This document shows positions 14,040 to 25,789 of a stretch of 64,000 nucleotides of DNA, one piece after another. Each line of letters starts with the position of its first letter. The first letter of the stretch is position 1. Source of the stretch: Rhynchobatus australiae (taxonomy: Eukaryota); contig JAUZTB010000002.1 in NCBI GenBank assembly GCA_034780895.1, forward strand, positions 82,025,794 to 82,089,793. The letters run 5' to 3'. A program made the position numbers and the translations under genes. The notes below the pieces were generated by a model. The model was given only the letters and a program-made list of their open reading frames with translations. It was not told the origin of the DNA and searched no databases.

Positions 14040-14195
14040 TTGTTTCTCTCTTCTCATCTCTGCAACTGAATCAATCCAACATGTTTTTTGTCTTTCCCAG
14101 TTCTGACAAACAACTTTGGATCTGAGACGTTAACTCTATTTCTCTCCCCATAGATGGTCCTAGATCTGCTGAATGTTTTCATCACTTTCTGTCTT
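14040..14195 (+). mobile_element. Penelope-like terminal repeat fragment
   Basis: cccagttctga...gacgttaactct..tctctcccca.agat, same family as 45720-45850. Confidence 0.6.
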
Positions 14196-16711
14196 CAACT
14201 CATGTCTTGGCTACACAATGCAGTTTTTGTGAAATAAACCCAGGTTTGTATTATCAATGAGGCCCTCAACAGAAATCTTCATCAGTTATTTGCAACAATA
14301 ATAATATGTGAATCAGCAGGCAATTTTGCTCTTACAAATTAAGTTGCTATTTGAATATTATGTACATTTATTTATTTTGGAACAGGGTTACAGTGCTGAA
14401 GCATTAATGATTGTCCAAGATGCAGGTTTCAACCATTGATCGCCAGAGCAAATACTTATTTCAGCCATGCCATAATGAGAGGGTCCAAACAGATGTCAGG
14501 TAACTTGAACAGGACAAGTGGGATGGCTACAGGGGGAATCAAAACTTATAACTATTGTCCTCCTTGCTGTTTTCAGAACATTCAGATCAAATCACCTGAC
14601 TGCTTCAGCAGCTTAGAAATAATCATTTGACATTTTAAAATATATTCTTGCTTTTGTGCTCTTCTTGAGGCTCATTCCACCCTTTCTTCGGAAAATTTGT
14701 GCAAAGTCAGATTTCCGTAAATCAGGTTATTTGTAACCTGGGGAGCCTCTGTATTCAATACTCAAGACTGAATCACTACCGTAAACTGAAACAAAGTTGT
14801 TCCTGCACTAAAGCCTGTGGGACCACTGCCCATCTATTCCAGTCTAAATAACCACTATCTGTTTTCTTGTTAACTTGACCCTAACACCACATGCTCTAAT
14901 TTTAGTTGAGTCTACCAACCAAATCCTTTTGAAGGCTTTTTGAAAATCCTAATATAGTACATTTATTTCTCTATCCTTATTTACTCTTTCTGTTATTTCA
15001 CCAAATAATTCAATAAGGTTCATTAATCCTGACCTTTCCTCTTGAAATATTTCCTATCTAGCATTTATTATATTGTCAATTTCTTGATGGTTCTCTATTA
15101 TAAATTTGAGTAAAGATTATGTCATTTTTCATACCATTGACGTTAAGCTAACTGGTTTATATTTCATTGGATTTGCTCCATCTCCCATTTCAGATACAAT
15201 TATAGCTCTATGATAACTATTTCCCAGATGCTTCCCAATGGTTACTTCTCTTATCCGCTCTGCTTTACTTCCCATTATCTGATACAGCAGCGATTTCCCC
15301 TCCTATCTGGCTTTATACATAAAGGACATGAAAGGAATCCTGAGCACTCTGTAAAAAATTCCATTCGATTTTCCTTCATTTTTATCTCTTCTTGCCAATT
15401 TATCAAATGGTCATTGAAATCTCCCACCGTGCCTTTTATTCGCTTCAGACGAAAAAGAAGCAGGAATGGGCCATGTGGCCTTCCAGCCTTTTCCACCATT
15501 CATCAAGATCATGGCTAATCTTCTACCTCAGCACTATTTCTTGCACTATCTCCANNNNNNNNNNNNNNNNNNNNNNNNNNNNNNNNNNNNNNNNNNNNNN
15601 NNNNNNNNNNNNNNNNNNNNNNNNNNNNNNGTTAATGAGATGCATATAATACTCTTATTAACGCCATTGATCTCTTAACCTTTAAGAATAATGAGAATTC
15701 AGACACAAACTGCAAGGGGAGATTGGACCATATAAACTTTAAAAAAAAATCTTTCTCAGAAAAATGAACATATAATGACCTTTAATGTATCTTTTAATTT
15801 TAGCAGCTCGAGTTTGTACCAAGTACTCTTTTACAATCATGCTAGTTTCCCTGAATCTATATCTTCCATAGTCACCAATTCCAGCACCACAGCCTTCCTA
15901 TCATTTTCATCCCCACTAGCCTATACAGGAGCTGTATTACCCAAGGGGATCACATTTAAAATCCATGCCTTGGCCCACCGGCTTGCTTTGCTCCATTTAA
16001 CTTCACAATAACATCCTATTCTAAATTTGTAACTCAGAAACAGTTGTTGCAACCTCTCTGTTTTTTTTAAGGGAAGAAAGCGTCTCATTTTTATTTGGCT
16101 CTTATTCCCATATCGATGAGGTTAGATTTTAAAGGCATTCTGGTATGTCTTGTGTACAGGTACATTGATCAATCAAAATAACTGCTGTAAAATGTAAAGA
16201 ACACTCTAGTACAACATAGCCATTAGATTTAGACAGGATAAGGCCAAGCCTGGCATGAAGGAACACTAGTAACATTTATGTCAATAGTTTTGGGGAAAGG
16301 TACCTCACATCTGGTGCCCAATTGGCAAGTGAAGCTTGCTTTTCTCATGCAAATTGACTAATCTCTATTCAGCTACAGGGTGCCAGATCCTGCCACAGAA
16401 TCAGTCAATTCACTTTCTGGTTTTGGGTGCAAGTCCAATTTCTCAATCAGAGGCTGAATCATGATTTAGTACTGAGCAGCAACGGCAATCCTTTTTCTCA
16501 AAGATGCTTATCTCCAGGTTGGTGACGTATTACAAGCATGTNNNNNNNNNNNNNNNNNNNNNNNNNNNNNNNNNNNNNNNNNNNNNNNNNNNNNNNNNNN
16601 NNNNNNNNNNNNNNNNNNNNNNNNNNNNNNNNNNNNNNNNNTTGAAAAGAAAGAATAAAACATATCAACTTCATATCATAATCAGAATTTACAAAAGCAA
16701 TCCTTAAATTG

Positions 16712-16895
16712 GAGACACAAGAGATTGCAGATGCTGGAATCTGGAGCAACATTCAAAGCACTGGAATATGAAGGGAAATGGACAGTCGACACTCAGGTCA
16801 AGATGAAGGGTCTCAACCTGAAACGTCAACTGTCTATTTCCCTCCACAGATGCTGCCTGACTTGTTGAGTTCCTCCAGCGCTTTGTGTGTTGCAC
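16712..16895. mobile_element. Inverted pair of Penelope-like terminal repeats
   Basis: gcaacattcaaagcactgga..agggaaatggacagtcgac is mirrored by gtcaactgtctatttccct..tccagcgctttgtgtgttgc. Confidence 0.7.
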
Positions 16896-17024
16896 TAAGT
16901 TGGATTTGTTTAAATGCATTGGTCTGAAATATATTCTGAAACCTGGACTAACTTTCACAAAAAGTGACTATATATTTAATTCCTGCTTAAAGGAAATTGA
17001 ACATGTAGGGCAGTTTGTACGTAC

Positions 17025-17142
17025 CAGGGCCAAGAGGAAGCGGACAATGATGAAGCTGTAATAATCACTGGTGAATGCAACAGCAACTCCAAACACAAAT
17101 TGAGCTATACTTGTGAACCATAGTATTGATCGTCGACCCAAT
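17025..17142 (-). CDS. SLC22A16: SLC22A16 coding exon 3 (LGRRSILWFTSIAQFVFGVAVAFTSDYYSFIIVRFLLAL)
   Basis: ctgtccag| acceptor, CTG|gtacgt donor, 118 nt, phase 2->0; completes the MFS motif D-R-x-G-R-R; absent from the ORF track. Confidence 0.95.
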
Positions 17143-17929
17143 CTGGACAGGTTTTAAAAAAAAGAAGTTCAGAACGGCAATTTCTAATATCTGAGACAAA
17201 TGAAATATAGTGGTAAACTTAATTTTTGCAGCTTCATAAATACATTCATTATCTCTGGAAATTAATATATATTGATTTATGTAGTTTTAGCAACTTGAAC
17301 TTCAGCTTATACCAAAGTGGTTCCTACTAAAAACCATAATCAATTCAGATAAGTGGCAGAGCTTGGCTATGTTCTCCTGAGCTGATACCCTCAGCTGGAC
17401 TGAGCAGGTAAGGTGCTTTCCCATTGAACAAAAATTCGGAAGGAGATTTTCACCTCGAGACAGTATTATGCGATACTAATGACCATCTTAGAGCAGCATT
17501 GGTTGACATAAGGTCCAAGAGGTTATTAACTGTTCTCTGCATTGTAGAATTTATGTGTGTCCAAGAGGAGCACATTCAGGAAGAAAATTATAGGACAATT
17601 GAACATATGTAATGGACACTGGAGATGAATACGTGCAGGCAGCATCTTTACAGATACTATATATGTGGCATCTGAAATTCAAATTGCAAGTTCAAATGGT
17701 AAGTCCCAACAATACAACTTAGCATAAAAGTAAAACAATGTGCTGGTAGGCAAGCCAGTGTCTCAGTGAAATATGGAGAATTATGACACATTGTTGACCT
17801 CTGATGCTTTGTCCATGCTCATTTTTATGGTAGTTATTTCATATTTCCTTATGATGGAGGGTACTTAGCCCCACAAGTCAATGCTGGCTTTCAGAGCAAT
17901 CTCATCAATCCATCTCTATCTTGTTTTCT

Positions 17930-18320
17930 ATTAGTAATTCAGAGAGTTGGACTGTGTAGTCTGGGAAATGAGTTTGAATGCTGCCACGTTAGCTGGAGAA
18001 TTTAAGTTCAATTAATTAACTATTCCATAATAAAAATTGGCAATAGTGTTGGTGACTATAGAACTACCAAAATCCTACCCAGGTCATAATGTCTTTTGGA
18101 GAAGGCAACATGCCATTTTTACACATTCTGGCATATACATGACCTTAGACCCACATACCTAAGGACTTAACAAGCGTCTGAATTGCATCAAAATACTACA
18201 TCACAACAGGGTAATTCCCTATGCATTACCACTTTCACTATGTAGGATTGTGGCACTTCAAAAGCCTGTATCACCAAAACCTTTTCAAGAACAACTGCGA
18301 ACGAGCAATAAACAATGAGC
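17930..18320 (+). mobile_element. SINE-like repeat with L2-type tail
   Basis: Similar to 58480-58570 plus 59460-59700 and to a reverse copy near 10870-11060. Confidence 0.55.
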
Positions 18321-18799
18321 TTACTATGGCATAAATAGATAAACAGACATTAAATGACACAAGGAGCCAAAGTCAAAAATGATCCAACTTTGGTTATTTT
18401 GGAAATATCAAAAAAATATTGATTAAAATTCAGCTTAATACTTATCAAAGTGAAGCATGGATCTTTTATTATTGGGCATTCACTTGTTGGTCTCGTCTAC
18501 ATTCTCCAAGCTAATGAGATTTAATAAAGTGTAAGAAATAAAATGTGGTATCACTTGAAAGAAGTGAGTCAGATTCCAGGTACTATTCCATATAATTATA
18601 CAAGGATGAGATAGCAACACAGTTAGAAAATAACCTTTAAAGCTCACCATGCAGAATCACTTTGAGCCTATAAGTATATTATGTTGGGTTTCAGTAGAGT
18701 CAGAAGTGAAATAGTAACATAGCAATTTTAGTTTTACCAAAAGATATGGCAGCAGTTAAGGAAGGCTTTTGGCAAGAATGCCATTTGAATACAAAAGCA

Positions 18800-20270
18800 T
18801 TTGAAAGAGGAGCAGGAGGAGGCCATTCATCCCCTCAGACCTGCTCTTCTTTTCCATAAGTTCTGCTTTTCCATAACCTCAATGTCACTTCCTTGCCTTA
18901 TCTCCATATACCTTGAATCCTCTAATATCTAGAAACATAATCAGCCTCTGTTTTAAACAAAATCAGTTACTGATGCTCCACTCCACTCCCCTCATTGACA
19001 ATTCAAAGGAGTTACCAGCCTTTGAATGAAAAAAAATTCTTCTCAATGCCCATTCTTTATTATGAGATTGTGGCCCTTATTTCTGGACTCCTCAGCCGGG
19101 AGAAACACTCTCTCTGTATCTATACCAGAAAGCCCACCAGGAATTTTATACATTTCAATGACGTCACCTCTCATTCTTATAAACTTTAAAGAACAGAGTA
19201 CTAACCTACAAAATTTCTCTTCATATGACAGACCTGTCATTGGAGAAACCAATCTGGTGAATCTTCAGTGCACTTCCTCTACAGGAAGTATATCCTTTTT
19301 TTTGGTAAGGACACCCAAATTGTATACAATATTCCAGATGTGGTCTTACCAAGGCCTTATCTAATTGTACTAAAAAGATATTTTTATTCTTGTAGTTTAA
19401 TCCCTTGGCAGTAAAGAATAAAGTACTATTGGCCTTACTAAACCTGCATGCCAAGCTTTCAGTGTCTTGTGTACAATGACACCCAGGGCTGTTTGAACTT
19501 CAATATTTCCTAATTTCTCACCTTTTAAAAAATACACAGGTTTTTTTTCAACCATACTGGATAACCTCACAATTATGCACATTGTACCATATCAGCCATA
19601 ATATTATCCATTCACTCAGCGTATCTAAATCTCCTTGAAGCCACTTGGCATCCCTGTCACTCTTCACAATCCCACAGTTTCATGTCATCAGCCAATTGGA
19701 AATGTTAATTTGATTTGCTCAGCTACGTCGTTGATATATATATTGTGAATATTTGGAACCCAAGCAACAATCCCTGTGGTAACACACCAGACACAGCTGT
19801 CAACTTGAGGAGGAACAGCTTATTTCTCTTCTCTGTATTCCATCTATTAAACAACTCTCAATCCACACTATTATATTAACTTCCATTTGTCTAATTTTGT
19901 TCAGCAGCCTCCTGTGTAGGACCAAAGTGAAAGTCTCCTGAAATCCAAGTACATTATACCCACTGCTTTCCCTTATCTACCCTCCTAGACACATCCTCCA
20001 AGAACTCCAACAGATCAGTCAAACACAATTTCCCTTCAATTAATCCACATCAACTCAATCATATAATTGTTTTCTAAGTGTCTTAATATCACATTCTTTA
20101 TTATAGATTTCAACATTTTCCCAACCACTCACAGATCAAGTAGTTTCTCATTTTCTCTCTCCCTACTTTCTTAAAAGGTGGATAACATTTGCTGCCCTCG
20201 AATCTGCAATTCCTGAATCTGTTGAATTCTAAAAGACGATAACAAAGCTACTTCTTTCAAAACTCTGGAT
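18800..20270 (-). mobile_element. CR1 LINE ORF2 3' ~1.5 kb, degenerate
   Basis: ALVRPHLEYCIQF; GLSYEEK..RMRGDVIEMYKI. Confidence 0.9.
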
Positions 20271-22093
20271 GAAATGTTTAATAATGAATTATTTCCTTCA
20301 AAAACATACTTAATCTAGCACACTTTCCCAAATTAAGTCATTTTATTAATCAGTTTGGTACTGAGGAAACATTTTGAAAAGGGTATGTCTTCTTTCTCAG
20401 CCTGCCCTCTGGAACTTTTATCTTTATTGCTGGGTAGGCATGTAAATGAGACTAGAAATGCACACGCCTGATTAGGCTAAAAATGTAGGTAGGAATTAAT
20501 GTGTATGTGGGCTACATTAATTCTCAAATTCTCTCATTGGCAGGCTCCTTCACTAATGGCAGCACACCCACTGTAGATACTAAGCAGCCACTGGTGTCAG
20601 CTGTTGCTTGCTCCCAGACGAGTGTGATACTTAAATGCCAATGTTCTCCCCTGACTGAAGTTCAAGCTCCACTGGCAATTTATAATTGGGAGACAGAGAG
20701 ATTTTGGAGAGAAAGCTTAAATTCAGTATTAGAAGCTAAAGTTTAAGTTTGGACAATGAGGTAAAATCTGGACTTTACACAGTCGCAGAGGTAAATTAAT
20801 TGCAGATAGGAAGCTACTGAATACAAGGGAAAGAAAAAAATATACACATTTGGGGATGTCAGCTGATAAGAAACTGTCCAGTTGGCTCTCATCTCATGAA
20901 AGTGTTCCAAACATTTTGGCTGACATTTTGTGAGACTGCTTTATTTGTATTGCCTTGTACTCTAATACATGTGATACTTTATCTACCAAAGTGGTAAAGT
21001 GCACCAAGCCTTGCATCTAAAATTTTCCAGCATGTTCCAATCCCTTTACTTTGTATTGCCAGATCCCAATGCCACCATACATTTGATTCACCACTTTCAA
21101 ACTCATTTCCAATGGAGGATAAGCTCATGACACAAATGCCTCAGTTACATGGCATTCAGAGAGTTGCAGATCTTAAGCTTTCTGCAGCTAGACCTCTCAT
21201 GGGCAATGTAATCCTTATGATTCATATATGACAAATGGAGAGCAATGACTTAGACTTCATACAGACACAGTTACAGCTCCTCTGCCAATATAATACAAAG
21301 CCAAATCAGCTCAGTGACTACAAGTCAGTCATATTTTCTTTTAACATGTGAAATGGATGCTATGTGAACTCTTGCTACAAGACTTTTGAAAGTTGTGCTT
21401 TAAATTTACAGATGCACAATGCATCTGCAAGCAAATGGCAAGAAACTGCCAACATTCGTCTCATTACTGTTTTAGGATTTATTATGTGGATAATATTTGA
21501 CTATATAATAGCTAATTTCTACAAAACATATTGTATATCAAGGACTTGGTTAGTATGGACAGGGTGGGCCAAAGAACCTGTTTCTGTGCTGTAAGATTCT
21601 TATGACTGGGATATTTCCAAGACACCAAGATACCTTTTAAAGTTGGTGTCTGTGTGGACTTAACACCAGACCTTACCAGGGAATACTTGATATTTTCATA
21701 GTATATAGAAAGTAACTCAATTGAAACCTAACTGATAATGACCTGAGTACTCAAGACTTTTTCTTCCAGAAGTCAATTTTTTAAAGCATCCAATGGGGCT
21801 GGCAAATTGCACTGAAATGCTTCCACAGTGATTTCCCAAACAGAGCATCGTATAGATGGGATAGCAATAAATTAAAGGCTAATTGCTTTAAAACAGACAG
21901 CATGGAAGAAGCCTTGCCCTTCTCGTACAGTTGATTGGTAAGGAAAAGCCTGGATGCAAATTACCCATCTGTCAACTTTGTTGGAGGAAGGGTTTGTAGA
22001 CCAAGAAATATGTGACTAAGAGTAAAAATAGAACATAAGTTACAATTGGAACTTTAAAAAGTCACTAGAGTTAACAAGAACAGAAATACTTAC

Positions 22094-22567
22094 CTGTCTG
22101 CAATGTCTCCAAATACCACAGCACCAAGAAGGACTCCAAGCATAAAGATGGGCTGGGTAAGTTTGGCTAACCATGCCCTGTCACAGACCAGGTTCCACTC
22201 AGTCACAATGCTGTTTTCAATGTGGTTCTGATCATAGATAAAACCATCAGAGCAGGAATATCGTGACTTGTTGCCCTTAGAGTAATTCTCCAGCTCGAAA
22301 CTCCCGATTATTTTGAAGCGACTACATTGCTCTGTCTCCCAGATCTCTCCATTTTCCATTTTTGCAATAACACTGTGTGATCCTGGAATCCATAAGTTCC
22401 ACAGATCTCCTGGGTCGGCTGTAGTATTTGAAACAAGGATTGTGGTCACATTTCCAGGTAACTTGCATAAAAACTGTGGTGTTGCAGCGAGGAACACCGA
22501 TGCCAAATAGTGGATTCCACATGCTATAGTTTGGAAATTGACTAAGAAATAAACAGACGCTTGGAAT
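22094..22567 (-). CDS. SLC22A16: SLC22A16 coding exon 2 (TM1, large extracellular loop, TM2)
   Basis: ttttacag| acceptor, AG|gtaagt donor, 474 nt; FQ..FQTIACGIHYLASVF...SIVTEWNLVCDRAWLAKLTQPIFMLGVLLGAVVFGDIADR is characteristic of SLC22A16. Confidence 0.96.
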
Positions 22568-22958
22568 CTGTAAAACACAAAGATATTTGACTTAGGATAC
22601 TTAAGCAGTGCATCAAAACCTTCTGCATTTTTTAAATTACTAACTGTCCCATAAGATTATAAACTCAAAGAAAGGAAGTTAATAGCCAATTTTTTTAATA
22701 TATCTTCCAATCATAACATATTTTGTAATCTTAAAATATCTTAACATTTACAATTCAAATACAATTTAAAAAAGACATTCCAGATAAATCTAAAATTTTC
22801 TGATATGCAACTTAAGATCAGATTGCCATTAATCTTTAAATGCTACGGCATGTGCAATTTTAGTAGTTACCAAACAAAGATACTATGCAACATTTGTTTT
22901 AATATTTTCATTTAAATCAAAACTAACAAAGCCAAAACAAAAATTGTACTATATTTAC

Positions 22959-23011
22959 CTTCCAAAGTGACCAAGTTTGTCGAAGAGCTTTTCCAGGGTC
23001 TGTGGTGCCAT
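22959..23011 (-). CDS. SLC22A16: SLC22A16 first coding exon (MAPQTLEKLFDKLGHFGR)
   Basis: ATG at 23011-23009; translation matches the SLC22 N-terminal 'F..VG.FGR' motif; ends AG|gtaaat; 53 nt, phase 2, compatible with the next exon. Confidence 0.92.
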
Positions 23012-23489
23012 GGATATTAGTGGTACTTGCTGCCCTGCCTTTCCAGAAAGAGTGAGAATTTAAAAGGACGAAAGGTAATGAGAGACTTGGCATGAGGACA
23101 GCGTAAGAAGATAAATAGGGAATGGAGCAATTTGGACTCCTCCCACAAACCAGTGCAGAAAAATACACATTGCGCATACAAGAGAAATAAACCTCAGTTA
23201 TTTTCTTTCAACGTTCACTTTTTAAAGCATAAAATTGATAAAAATATTAAATGTTACCATCAATGTCCTGACCCTAAAATCTTACTTTTGCTTAAGGATG
23301 CATCCATTCACCAGCAACACCCCTCCCTTCCCATCACCCACCACCCCTTCAATACAGTCCCATCACCACCCACCCACCGGTAACCTTGCTTATTCTCACC
23401 CTGGATCAAAATTCAAAGCCTGCTGAAGTGTAAAACAATGTCACATCAAACACATTATTTCTTTTGTTTCCCCCATCAGTTTTACTTAC

Positions 23490-23660
23490 CCTACATTTTA
23501 TCATCGGTACTTGAGGGTCCCGTCACATTTTGAACTTATCAACCTGATCTGAAAGCTGCATGACACAGTCATTGGAAAAAGTGTTACTTGACTTTTCATT
23601 GTTTTAGCACAGTACTGTAGGGGCACGACAGTTCTGTTCCAACAGCAGCTTCTTGTTACA
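23490..23660 (-). other. Putative non-coding (5'UTR) first exon of SLC22A16; 5' limit unknown
   Basis: Consensus donor AGG|GTAAGT at 23490/23489 and a polypyrimidine tract plus AG (23040-23039) 27 nt upstream of the ATG, defining a 451-nt intron. Confidence 0.55.
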
Positions 23661-23880
23661 TTTAAAGCTGTTCTTATTCAATTATGCTTGTTTACTCTAC
23701 AGAGGCTGCTGTGTGGTAACTTGTGTCCCCCAACATTAACCAACGATTACATTTTTTAAAGAACATTTTATTCTTTATTTTGAACTCTTAACCAACTTGG
23801 CTTGACTTGCACATGACATTTAGCTCTCTGTACATATTTGCATTGGCAGTCTAAAAGGGCACCACGTGACCTGTACTTTT
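23655..23880 (-). promoter_or_regulatory. Candidate proximal promoter of SLC22A16
   Basis: E-box GGTCACGTGG (~23862-23871) overlapping an AGGTCA half-site, CCAAT (~23843-23847) and forkhead-type TGTTTAC (~23689-23695) cluster just upstream of the putative UTR exon; motif-level evidence only. Confidence 0.3.
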
Positions 23881-25789
23881 TTACCCTAGTAGAAGCATTT
23901 TGCTTCATACCAGAGACAACACACAACTATGCAATTTTCTATTTTGTGATATGTGATAAAATAAACAAATAATACAGCCTCCCTTTCCTGAATTTTTTTA
24001 TGACTTAAATAGAAACAGTTTAGAAAATATACACTCTGTATGCCTTCTGTTATACTGTGGATGAATCCCTTATGGATACTTTGGAGTACTTTCATTCTAA
24101 TTTACTTCCTATCAGGTAAAATTTACCCACTAATAATAAACAACAGGTTGCTGGGATTCTCATTTACTATGTCTCCAGAAGGCATCTCTAATGGGCAAAT
24201 GCATCACCAAGAGGTTTCCAACATCAACACTCTGCCTGGGTATGGATATCACATTCTAGAGTTATTTAAGGACTCATACATACTACAAATCAGCATTTAA
24301 TCCTCCACTAAGCCACGGTCCCTCCACAAGAGCTGTTCAATTATGGATCCATTACACAAGGCAGTGGAGCTGCTCTTGCCTGATATTGACACCCAACATG
24401 ATAGTTCTGAGTAGGCTGTTATAAGAATTAAGCTATATTTTTCTCACAGGGTAAAATACTACCACTTGCGACATAGTTCACTTGGACTTCTTTACTACTA
24501 GGGGTATACAGGTGCACCACAGGATCAGTCTATGACAGATTGACACTGCACAGTTTCAGATTATTCAGTTAAATGTAATTCATGTAGGATATAAAAGTTT
24601 TTAAGTGATAATATGGTTATTCTTAGCTGTCTTATTTAACCCATTGGATTGCTTTTTAACATGGCCCATACAGTGCCCAACACTTTTAAACCAAGGTTTC
24701 ATAAGGCTAAATTATGAATCTATTTCTGACAAAACTCTTGATGCCTTTTAAATTGAATCACCATTTCTGAGACAAATACTATAGTGATATGAACTTTTTA
24801 CAGCTATAGAAAACATTGGTTGAGCTTTGGTTTCTGTTTCCTGCCTTCTGAATACTTAAGTTTTATGAAGGATCGTATATCCAGATGTCACTGAAAATAT
24901 CATTGAGAAATGCAGGCAAGTGTCAAGGTGCAGGATATAAACAAGATATTAAAAAAGAGAAAAATGGGGTAAATTAAGAACTAATAATAACAGGAAAATA
25001 ACAAGGAAATATACAGTGATGGAACTTGACAGGTACATCATTGGAAATGAGATACACTAAATGCAGCTTCAGTATTCACAATTCATATTTGCTTTAATCT
25101 TCTGCACCAAGCTTTCTCCAAATGGTTTCAAAAATTTCCAAGGATGCCAGATAGAAACAGATGATTGCAAAATTGGGATATAATCTTCTCTAAGACAAAG
25201 ATAATGTCATGTTGGTAATTTGCTGCTTGTAATAGATTCAGTCATTTCATTGATACACTGTGTTGCATGTGAAAGCCCTCATGTTGGAAACAGGTAATTT
25301 GGTCTCTCTCTGCCTGTCAGATAAAAGCTTTTGCTTTCAAATGCTCACAAACTTTTATTCCTTCTTACATCTGATCTATTTGAAGAACATTGTATGCACT
25401 AACATATTTAATAATTTGTTTTTCCAGTATTTTCTACTGTTTTGCTGATTCTCATTTTAAATAATCTGACACATTATTTCAGTTATAAAAAAGTATTTGT
25501 TCTGGAACCAAAAAAATTAATGTTCCCTGTTTTGAGCAACAGTGACAAAAACCTCTGCCATTTTGTACCGCACTGTGTTCTGATGATTGGAGAGTAATGC
25601 CTATTTTCTGGTATGCATTGTAGTAGATTGNNNNNNNNNNNNNNNNNNNNNNTACAAATGTGGCTTATTGCATTTTCTGCCAATGGATAATTAAGTAATT
25701 CACTTAGAAAGATATTGCAATAATTAACTTTAACAAACAAGAAATGAATTAGATGACCCATGACTTACAGTCTGCTAATGCCATCATTA

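Noticed and set aside
14700-14755. Tigger-like terminal repeat ending ctctg-TA
   Set aside because: No matching partner TIR found; at most a solitary remnant
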